Shown in pieces: positions 27,309 to 38,165 of a DNA stretch of 64,000 bases. Position 1 is the first letter of the stretch, and each line of letters opens with the position of its first letter. The notes under the pieces are model-generated. The model searched no databases, had not been told where the DNA came from, and was given only the letters and a program-made list of their open reading frames with translations. The DNA comes from Eledone cirrhosa (taxonomy: Eukaryota), in assembly GCA_964016885.1 (NCBI GenBank), contig OZ024740.1, positions 335,420,001 through 335,484,000 of the forward strand, read 5' to 3'. The position numbers and the translations under genes were made by a program.

Positions 27309-30300
27309 GATCGAGTATCGAAAAATCGGCGCACGAGTTAACGAAAAACGAAATCCGATATGAGCGGCAGAGGGCTCAATAATTCAGATGAATCAGAGCT
27401 ATAACTATCGTTAAAATACCGTCACATATAGAACAAGTCTACAATCAACCATACGATTTAAAATCGATAAAGGAAGATTCGGGCCAAACAGATAAAAAAT
27501 ATCAATAAAACAATACGTCAATAATTTAAATGAATGTAAAATCATACCCGGACCCACTAGAAAGGTGTTAAATCTAGCTTCATGGGTTTCTGTAAATCCT
27601 TAGACAGTACTCTATCAGCTCACATATAAATATAAAAGCCTACTAGAATAAGTGGAATGGAGTTTACGTTGTCAACGAGTTTTATCCTGGCGGCAAAGGA
27701 GTCAACTAGCGGTGAAAAACGCACATGGCATTAGACAAGGGAGATGACCCCTATATCCGCGAAAATAATTCGAGTGAATGTGGAAATACACATATCGAAT
27801 TAGAGTGCTCAATAGACATGTTAAAATAAAACAAAAGCTATTCATCACTCAATAGAATCGACAAAATATGAGCAATAAAATTAACTGGTGGATAGCTATG
27901 TCCAGAGCTAAATATATTAGAAAGATCGAGTATCGAAAAATCGGCGCACGAGTTAACGAAAAACGAAATCCGATATGAGCGGCAGAGGGCTCAATAATTC
28001 AGATGAATCAGAGCTATAACTATCGTTAAAATACCGTCACATATAGAACAAGTCTACAATCAACCATACGATTTAAAATCGATAAAGGAAGATTCGGGCC
28101 AAACAGATAAAAAATATCAATAAAACAATACGTCAATAATTTAAATGAATGTAAAATCATACCCGGACCCACTAGAAAGGTGTTAAATCTAGCTTCATGG
28201 GTTTCTGTAAATCCTTAGACAGTACTCTATCAGCTCACATATAAATATAAAAGCCTACTAGAATAAGTGGAATGGAGTTTACGTTGTCAACGAGTTTTAT
28301 CCTGGCGGCAAAGGAGTCAACTAGCGGTGAAAAACGCACATGGCATTAGACAAGGGAGATGACCCCTATATCCGCGAAAATAATTCGAGTGAATGTGGAA
28401 ATACACATATCGAATTAGAGTGCTCAATAGACATGTTAAAATAAAACAAAAGCTATTCATCACTCAATAGAATCGACAAAATATGAGCAATAAAATTAAC
28501 TGGTGGATAGCTATGTCCAGAGCTAAATATATTAGAAAGATCGAGTATCGAAAAATCGGCGCACGAGTTAACGAAAAACGAAATCCGATATGAGCGGCAG
28601 AGGGCTCAATAATTCAGATGAATCAGAGCTATAACTATCGTTAAAATACCGTCACATATAGAACAAGTCTACAATCAACCATACGATTTAAAATCGATAA
28701 AGGAAGATTCGGGCCAAACAGATAAAAAATATCAATAAAACAATACGTCAATAATTTAAATGAATGTAAAATCATACCCGGACCCACTAGAAAGGTGTTA
28801 AATCTAGCTTCATGGGTTTCTGTAAATCCTTAGACAGTACTCTATCAGCTCACATATAAATATAAAAGCCTACTAGAATAAGTGGAATGGAGTTTACGTT
28901 GTCAACGAGTTTTATCCTGGCGGCAAAGGAGTCAACTAGCGGTGAAAAACGCACATGGCATTAGACAAGGGAGATGACCCCTATATCCGCGAAAATAATT
29001 CGAGTGAATGTGGAAATACACATATCGAATTAGAGTGCTCAATAGACATGTTAAAATAAAACAAAAGCTATTCATCACTCAATAGAATCGACAAAATATG
29101 AGCAATAAAATTAACTGGTGGATAGCTATGTCCAGAGCTAAATATATTAGAAAGATCGAGTATCGAAAAATCGGCGCACGAGTTAACGAAAAACGAAATC
29201 CGATATGAGCGGCAGAGGGCTCAATAATTCAGATGAATCAGAGCTATAACTATCGTTAAAATACCGTCACATATAGAACAAGTCTACAATCAACCATACG
29301 ATTTAAAATCGATAAAGGAAGATTCGGGCCAAACAGATAAAAAATATCAATAAAACAATACGTCAATAATTTAAATGAATGTAAAATCATACCCGGACCC
29401 ACTAGAAAGGTGTTAAATCTAGCTTCATGGGTTTCTGTAAATCCTTAGACAGTACTCTATCAGCTCACATATAAATATAAAAGCCTACTAGAATAAGTGG
29501 AATGGAGTTTACGTTGTCAACGAGTTTTATCCTGGCGGCAAAGGAGTCAACTAGCGGTGAAAAACGCACATGGCATTAGACAAGGGAGATGACCCCTATA
29601 TCCGCGAAAATAATTCGAGTGAATGTGGAAATACACATATCGAATTAGAGTGCTCAATAGACATGTTAAAATAAAACAAAAGCTATTCATCACTCAATAG
29701 AATCGACAAAATATGAGCAATAAAATTAACTGGTGGATAGCTATGTCCAGAGCTAAATATATTAGAAAGATCGAGTATCGAAAAATCGGCGCACGAGTTA
29801 ACGAAAAACGAAATCCGATATGAGCGGCAGAGGGCTCAATAATTCAGATGAATCAGAGCTATAACTATCGTTAAAATACCGTCACATATAGAACAAGTCT
29901 ACAATCAACCATACGATTTAAAATCGATAAAGGAAGATTCGGGCCAAACAGATAAAAAATATCAATAAAACAATACGTCAATAATTTAAATGAATGTAAA
30001 ATCATACCCGGACCCACTAGAAAGGTGTTAAATCTAGCTTCATGGGTTTCTGTAAATCCTTAGACAGTACTCTATCAGCTCACATATAAATATAAAAGCC
30101 TACTAGAATAAGTGGAATGGAGTTTACGTTGTCAACGAGTTTTATCCTGGCGGCAAAGGAGTCAACTAGCGGTGAAAAACGCACATGGCATTAGACAAGG
30201 GAGATGACCCCTATATCCGCGAAAATAATTCGAGTGAATGTGGAAATACACATATCGAATTAGAGTGCTCAATAGACATGTTAAAATAAAACAAAAGCTA

Positions 30301-30916
30301 TTCATCACTCAATAGAATCGACAAAATATGAGCAATAAAATTAACTGGTGGATAGCTATGTCCAGAGCTAAATATATTAGAAAGATCGAGTATCGAAAAA
30401 TCGGCGCACGAGTTAACGAAAAACGAAATCCGATATGAGCGGCAGAGGGCTCAATAATTCAGATGAATCAGAGCTATAACTATCGTTAAAATACCGTCAC
30501 ATATAGAACAAGTCTACAATCAACCATACGATTTAAAATCGATAAAGGAAGATTCGGGCCAAACAGATAAAAAATATCAATAAAACAATACGTCAATAAT
30601 TTAAATGAATGTAAAATCATACCCGGACCCACTAGAAAGGTGTTAAATCTAGCTTCATGGGTTTCTGTAAATCCTTAGACAGTACTCTATCAGCTCACAT
30701 ATAAATATAAAAGCCTACTAGAATAAGTGGAATGGAGTTTACGTTGTCAACGAGTTTTATCCTGGCGGCAAAGGAGTCAACTAGCGGTGAAAAACGCACA
30801 TGGCATTAGACAAGGGAGATGACCCCTATATCCGCGAAAATAATTCGAGTGAATGTGGAAATACACATATCGAATTAGAGTGCTCAATAGACATGTTAAA
30901 ATAAAACAAAAGCTAT
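27301..30916. repeat. Tandem array of a 615-bp unit, 5.9 copies, apparently identical
   Basis: Unit start attagaaagatcgagtatcg at 27301, 27916, 28531, 29146, 29761 and 30376. The last copy stops after 541 bp. (TA)n lies on both sides. Confidence 0.97.
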
Positions 30917-30947
30917 ATATATATATATATATATATAAGAAAATAGT

Positions 30948-31037
30948 CAGGACCCCTACGGCTGAGCTCCGGCCGTTTCGACAGCTAGATCCGAACTAGC
31001 TGTCGAAATGGCCGGAGCTCAGCCGTCGGGGTCCTGC
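30948..31037. repeat. GC-rich ~41-bp-arm hairpin; diverged inverted relative at ~32130-32232
   Basis: caggacccctacggctgagctccggccgtttcgacagctag-atccgaa-ctagctgtcgaaatggccggagctcagccgtcggggtcctg. Confidence 0.85.
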
Positions 31038-31176
31038 CTCTTTTCCTATTACCCACTCTACTACCCTAAGTATCGAGTACTATGGTGCGTTATGGTCCAC
31101 CTGGTATCTTACCACACCTTCTTTGTTGTTGTTATATATATGTATGTATGTATGTGTGTGTGTGCATATATATATA

Positions 31177-31345
<169 letters not shown>

Positions 31346-31398
31346 CGTTTCTGAATTTGTTTTGCAAGATTCTTTATCTGAAAAGGTGTGTTAAACCG

Positions 31399-31750
31399 AT
31401 ATTGTTATACTTTGGGAGGGTCATGCCAATAAGAAACACACGCACCAGTTGATTTCACTCGAATTTATTATAAATTAAATTTATAAATGTGTGTCAAAAA
31501 CAAGATGGCGTAGGATAGAACAAAGGAGAGGCACAAAACAAAGAAAAGAATCCCCAGTCACTGAAGAGGGCACAGGATGTGTGACGAAAGAACTTTGACA
31601 ATATATGAACAACCGTCCGGTTGTGGAACCAACCAACCGGAAATTTATAAATTTATAAATTCTTAAATTTATATATTTAATTTTAAATAAATTGGAGAGA
31701 AGGCTGCTGGGGCGTGTGTTTCTTATTGGCAACATGACCCTCCCAAATAT

Positions 31751-31756
<6 letters not shown>
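31399..31756. mobile_element. Element with ~50-bp terminal inverted repeats (MITE-like or inverted pLTR pair)
   Basis: atattgttatactttgggagggtcatgccaataagaaacacacgc pairs with gcgtgtgtttcttattggcaacatgaccctcccaaatataacaatat. Confidence 0.7.
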
Positions 31757-31825
<69 letters not shown>

Positions 31826-31847
31826 AGTATGTATGTATGTATTTATG

Positions 31848-31935
<88 letters not shown>

Positions 31936-31965
31936 TATACATATACATATTCATATATATATATA

Positions 31966-32105
<140 letters not shown>

Positions 32106-32459
32106 GGTAAATCCAGTTTAAAACTTGTAGGACCATTAACAGAGTACTTGTTACTTGGAGTAGTTGAGTGTGGCTACGGGAACCGACGGCTGGGCTCTTG
32201 CTGTTTAAATAGCTCGTTCCGGAACTAGCTGTGTATATACAGAGAGAAGGATGAGAGGGAGGAGAGAGATATGGGTGTGTGTACATATTTGATATGCTTT
32301 TGTACTGAATTTTTGATATATCCTTATATATATATTTCGCAATGTTTTAGCAGCCTCTCGCGTTTTTAGAGACTCAGGTTGGCTATGCATACATATATAT
32401 CCTTTTTCTACTTTTACTGAGTTCTTTTGGTCCATAAATAAAAGAATTATAATTATTAT

Positions 32460-34300
32460 TATCATGTTTTCAATATGTTTATGCAAGTAGGTTTCTATTG
32501 CCACCAAGTCCTTATAAACATCTCTTTATTCCTTGGATGTTGCAGCCCTGTCTTCCAGAAGATTAGGAGTGTGTTTGAAAACTACAGTTGTGTTCCTTTG
32601 TTGTCGGATTTGGGTTTATTTTTGAGATTTTACATTATGGAGTGTGTGTTGTTGTATACATGTTCTAAGTTTATCCCACTTATCCGTTTTTACATCAAAT
32701 TGTCGGTATATTTCTTAGTATTCATACTTGCTGAATTAAATGTCTTTGAATATACACATACTTTACAATAACATTGATCCTATGGGATCCTATGTTCAAC
32801 TGTCTCATTGCATTCTTTTCTATAGTCCCCGCCTGCTGGTAGCAAAGTGTTTCGATAATTTATTTTCTTAGGTACATGCAGCTAAGCATTGGTCTTTTGC
32901 ATCTAAACGCAAATGTTCTCGTTCTTCTTTTACCACTTTTCAAGTCAACCAATCATGTTCCCTTAAATGGAACATCTAGTCATTGGTGTGGCATTCTGTA
33001 AGCTATACGTTTGGCCTGCCGCCACATGCAATTCTCAAAGAATGATTGAAGATGGTTCCACAGCTAAAAGTGAGAGTCAGGAGAGAACCGATGAACCCGT
33101 CCATCTCTTGCTTGAGGATGCTGTCGCCAGATATCAAGCTGTTCTCTCCAGTCGGATACCATGGCTTTAAGATACTGATTCTTTCAAATCCAGGATAATG
33201 GTAACTCTGTTACTGCAATAACCTTTCTTCCAACCATTTCACTCTATTTTCAAAAGAACATTAGATAACGCAATGTGTAGTGTTGAAATAACCTTTCTCG
33301 ACATCGTTTCACTTTACTTTCATAGAGATAGTGCATAATACGTTACCCTGTTTTTGTTCGACTCTATTGAGTGTATTTACCACGGAGTGGTTTTTATCTT
33401 CAATGATTTTCAGTATAATTTGTAATTGCACTTTTATTTTGTGTTCTGTTGTATTACATTTTTCACATTTTTTCAGTTGATTCGTCCTTATCTAAGATTG
33501 TTATTTCATTGTAGCTCGCTTTTCACAGTTTCTTTATGTTCAGACAAGACAACCAGACAACTTGTTTTCGTGCTTCCTTATTAAACTTATCAGCTCCCAT
33601 TTGCTGGCTTCAAAATGTATTACTAATCATATTGTTGTTCTTTTGTTGTTCTTTTGTAGACGTTTTCTATTTGTAGCTGAGTGGAGGGTAGGTATATTTC
33701 ATCTTTACCAGCCTTGGGTGGTGACCTTGGAATGCTGTCAGTAGTTTTCTGGGGGTTGGGGGTCTGTATAAGTACTTCAATTCACAAATCTTTGAGTTTA
33801 TTATCTTGAAGCAGTAATTTATAGCTAATGTGACTCTCATATGTATAAAACAACCTTTTTTTTTACCCTAAGTTCAGTCTTTAATATATATATATTTCTT
33901 TTTGTGGCACCTCTGTAGTAATAGTTCCTAATTTTCTTTTTCATATCCGAGTGCAATATTTTATCAACGTTATCTACACTTAAGTATTTCTATGGTTGGT
34001 TCCTGTGTATTATTTTTTTATTTTTTTATTTCGGTGTCTAAGTCTAATTTATTGTTCTCATTTGCCTAATTCTATAGTATCTTTGACACATTGTTAAATC
34101 CCATATTCGTGTTTTTTTTTCTTGGCTGAATTTATGAACCAATTTTAGTTGTCATTCTTTACTGCATACTTGCAACTACTTTTCAAACCTCCATATAGTG
34201 GAGATGGTGTATAATTTGTCGCTAGTGTCTGTAACTAATGGGGGTTTCGTTCAATAAATTTATTAATAACGTCATGGTTTGGCAAATGAGTATGAATTTT
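32460..34300 (-). pseudogene. Highly decayed R4/Dong-like LINE remnant
   Basis: Minus-strand peptide ghosts occur in the expected order: EYGI*QCVKDTI (cf. EFGLxKCAKATF), KYLSV (cf. YKYLGV), AKDQCL (cf. AQDQxL), ECNETVEH (CCHC region) and YKDLVAIE (cf. KYKDLEIE). (ATT)n lies at its 3' flank. Confidence 0.5.
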
Positions 34301-34504
34301 ACTGGGCATCTCTTAATGATTATTATTATTATTATCATTATTATTATCATCGGGTGTCGTTACTACATTACCGAGCATATCTCTGTCGCCTTGGGTATGT
34401 GCAGTGACTAGTAGTGCTATTTTTTTATGTTGTATATATTTGTAATAACTGGGCTTTGGTTATGTATCTGTCTGTGTGAATTTCTTTCATTATTTCCAGA
34501 GCAC

Positions 34505-34690
34505 GGTGGATTGGCAGTATCGGTAGAGGGTCGGACGCCATGCTTTGACGCATAGAGTTACGGCCCTTGCCATTCTGAGTTCAAATCCCGCTGAGGTTAA
34601 CTTTGCCTTTCATCCTTACGGGGTCGATAAAATAAAGTACCAGTAATACGCTGGGTAATTGCTGGCCTTGTGCCAAAAGTAGAAGCAATT
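34505..34690 (+). mobile_element. Full-length SINE with 16-bp target-site duplication
   Basis: attatttccagagcac occurs at 34489-34504 and 34688-34703. The body is nearly identical to the 11029 copy. Confidence 0.9.
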
Positions 34691-35122
34691 ATTTCCAGAG
34701 CACTTATTACTATCGGTATTCTTTCTGTTTTCATCTTCTGCATTCGGGTTATTTCTATCTCTCGATTTTTTATATTTGTATAATTTCTGCATTTCCTTGG
34801 TAGATACATTCTCATCTGTGGGGATTGTTATGTCAATTAGACGTTTTTTTTTTTTTTCTTAGTGGTTTTTTTCTATTATATCCAGTCAATTAGCTTTGAT
34901 TTCCCTGTCTGTGTGTATTGGCATATCCCGAAGTATAGTTATATTGTTATCGACACCTTTTCTGGTGTGTGCCTGTACCATCTTTCTGCTGGTATTTCGT
35001 AGTGTTGGCATACTTTCTAATCTATGTAAATCCCTACTCTATCGTACCCGTGGATATATTCCTATTTAGCTAAAACAGAGAAGCCAGTGACAGTATTATC
35101 ATCATTATTTTTATTTCTATAA

Positions 35123-35310
35123 GGGCGGTGAATTGGCAGTATCACTAGAGGGTCGGACGCCATGCTTTCCAGCATAGTTATGTCCCTTTACGGTCTGAGT
35201 TCAGATCCCGTCGAGGTTAGCTTTGCATTTATCCTTACCGGGTCGATAAAATAAAGTACCAGTAATGCACTGGGTATTTGCTGGCCTTGTGCCAAAAGTG
35301 GAAACAATTA
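35123..35310 (+). mobile_element. Full-length SINE copy
   Basis: A-box-like ggcggtgaattggcag, B-box-like gagttcagatcc, then core and tail. An imperfect TSD attatttttt(a)tttctat flanks it. Confidence 0.85.
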
Positions 35311-36929
35311 TTTTTTTTCTATCATTATTATTAGCTGTGCTTGATGTTATTATTGTTTTTGTCGTTGTTATTCAAAGGTTTCCATCTCATATTCCCTCAT
35401 TCTGAATAGTTTTATCTTTAAATAACATCTCTCCTTCTTTCAAATATATTGTCGTTTCTTGGGTGGTACTACCTTTTTACTGTCATCTTTGTAAACGCTA
35501 TCAGATCGAGTAAAGTTGATTTGTGTGTGTGTATCCATTTGCATATTCCAGAGTCTGGTCGCTTTGTCATTCTCTGAGACCTTTTCTTGTGCATGCCTAT
35601 ACCACATCGTTTTTGTAGATATTTATCCGCTTTGGTATAACTTTACATGTATCTACATCACAAAAGTGTTGTGCGTATATGTGTATTTTTCTTCACAATG
35701 ACTGGGTAGTCGGGAGAAATATGCACGATTTATGTCCTTCCATCCTCTGTATTTTCTGTATTTATTTAAAGTATTCGATTACATGATTTTGGTAGTTTCT
35801 GGTGGGAAGGTTTTCTTCATGTGCCGTTAGAAATAAATCCATCAGTCTCAGCTTCGTGTCCTGAGCTTCGCAGCCAGTTGTACGATTCTTCATTATCTAT
35901 TTGTACCGATTTTTTATGTATTCGCTATATAGATGACTTCTTGGTATCGCTTTAGCATAGAATTCTCTAACCTTCTGTTTAGCTTAGGTTTTAACTTTTT
36001 TCCCTTTATTATTTCTACTGTTGCTTCTTTCTCACCTGTCAGTGATTTTAACCTGTTTGTACTTTTTGTCTTCCTTGAAGAAACGTTTTTTTTTTTGTTC
36101 TTGTTTTTTAACTATTTGTATCAGTTTTCCATTATTCTTTACCAGATATATTTGTAGTCCAACTGGGGATTTTTTACAATCGCATTCCAGTTGCATAAGA
36201 CGCCTCTACCTTTGTATTTGAGGTGAATATAATCTTTCAATGTCAGATTTTATGTGATGTATTCTAAATTCAGTCAGTAATTCTATTGTTTAGCTTTTTT
36301 CTCTTGCGAGTTATTTAGCTTACAGTTAAGAATATTATATCTATAATTTATTATTGGGAATACTAGATTATTAATACCAATTAACCTATTTTTTTCTCAT
36401 ATTGCCTTTACGCATACATCTGAAATATTCCTTCCTTACCATTATATTGCATTATATGTATTCTAGTCTGTCTATTTCATAGTTTCCTGTGTAATATATA
36501 TAAGTCTCTGTTAGATGTACTTTCTTATCTCTGTTTCTTTATCTACTATATTAGTGTTCTTAATACGTTTTCCTCTCTTCAATGCTGCATTGCCATTTTT
36601 TCTAATTCAAATCTCATATCAGTAAAGCTTTGTATTGCCTGCAGCAATAGTTTTAGTTGTTTATCATCTCCAGCGTACAATTTAAAATCTTCTATATATA
36701 AAAGCTGGATGATTTTCCCACCATAGCATTTGTATCAGAATGCAGTCTCTATTAGCATGTTGGGTAAAAATGTTAACACCAGACACAGAGTAGTGGAAGG
36801 AGGAAGTTTACTTGAAATATTCTGCTTCTAATGGAAATAGTCTTAGTTTTATAATTATCCCTTTTTTGTGGCTGCAGAATATTTTACCAATTATAGATGA
36901 TGGTGTAGAGGAAGGTTCTGCTCTCATAG

Positions 36930-37620
36930 ACATATTGAGGTGGCAACATGGCCCCATAGAATGAAACTACTCTTCAATGTGATAGGCAAGTGTGAATAGA
37001 CACTTTCTGATAGTAATTCCTTAATTCAATGTAGTTGATGATAGCTCGAATTTTAGACGTAATGAAAATCAAACTGGAGAACTGGTCAGGATCGGTGGCG
37101 GAAATACATATCCAAACAAAGACAAATGTTGAAGCCATCTCCGACATAATAGACAATGGGGACGGCAGCTACCTCTCCAAAACCGTAGATAGCATAAGGT
37201 GAAGGTGCCACACATGGGATGCAAAAATACACTTCAAGAATTTCTGTCCCCAGCAAACCAAGAAGGAAACGAGGACCACTCTCCTGCCTAGGTCACATCC
37301 CACATTGGCAGTAAATCAACCGTCAGTGGCCAGAATACAAACAAAAACTCAACATCAATGTCTACAACAGCGGCAGCAACAGTAGCTGAAGCTCCACCAT
37401 CATCTGCCACGTCAGAGCCGAAACCACATGTAATCACACCGCAAGGGCAAACATGCCCCTCCCCGACTTGGCACACCCGGATAAGGATTGTAGCTATGAG
37501 GAGGACAAGCAAACAATTAGTGAAAAGAAGAAATAGAAAAAAAAAAAAATTCAACATCAAATAAAGAAGAAAAAAAAAACAAACGCATTACAAACATAGG
37601 ACACACCCCATCAACACCAT
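36930..37620 (+). pseudogene. Decayed Tx1 ORF1 (gag-like) fragment
   Basis: The + frame reads MKIKLENWSGSVAEIHIQTKTNVEAISDIIDNGDGSYLSKTVDSIR*RCHTWDAKIHFKNFCP. It aligns by eye with ENWSGSGMELLIQ...IPEVIDLTDGSHLTVIVEGRRPRCVVCGEGTHLRAFCP of 48127..48807 and is followed by a Thr/Ala/Pro-rich and then a Lys-rich tract. Confidence 0.7.
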
Positions 37621-37734
37621 CTCCTTATGGGATCAATAAAATAAAAACCAGTCATGAGGTCGATTTAATTGACATTTCTCGCCCCCAAATTTGCTGACCT
37701 GTGCCTAAATCAGAAACTAATATTATTATTTTTT

Positions 37735-37922
37735 TGCGCATCATTTCTGCTTTATCGAGCACAACTCTGTGCGCCTTGGTATGAGCAGTGTAGTTTTTGC
37801 TGATGTTGTTTCTATTGTATTGATACTACTTCTCGTAATATGTGCGCGGTGCCTAGTAGTGCTATCTTTTGTATGCTGTATATATTTTTAAGTCCTGGGG
37901 TTTTGGCTATGTATTTTTTCTC
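37735..37922 (-). mobile_element. Short 3' fragment of an R4/Dong-like LINE
   Basis: KKYIAKTPGLKNIYSIQKIALLGTAHILREVVSIQ* matches the RLE C-terminus (cf. LQKACLLGTARTLR). Its 3' UTR resembles 34370-34410. Confidence 0.75.
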
Positions 37923-37923
37923 G

Positions 37924-37980
<57 letters not shown>

Positions 37981-38111
37981 TATTTGACGCTGTTGCTGTT
38001 GTTCCTGTTTACGTAATCATTGTCCAAATTGCTTGTTGATGTTTTTGTTGATGATATTAAATAATACATCTCAAATAATAAAATTAAAATAACAACAATA
38101 ACAACAACAAT

Positions 38112-38161
<50 letters not shown>

Positions 38162-38165
<4 letters not shown>

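Larger units (their letters stand above)
34330..36860 (-). pseudogene. Decayed R4/Dong-like LINE (RT to RLE), interrupted by two SINEs
   Basis: Minus-strand remnants include RIFQ..LLPLL, LKLYAGDDKQL, YDRVGIYID*KVCQHYEIPAERWYRHTPEK, KTERIPIVISALEI and KIALLVTAH. An (ATT)n tract lies at the 3' flank (~34318-34350). Confidence 0.7.

Noticed and set aside
27301-30916. Hammerhead ribozyme, CRISPR array or coding repeat in the 615-bp array
   Set aside because: There is no CUGANGA core. The nearest match, on the minus strand (CUGAUAGA...ctgt/acag-AAAC), is non-canonical and lacks a stem III/UH site. There are no variable spacers and no ORF of 60 aa or more within the unit.
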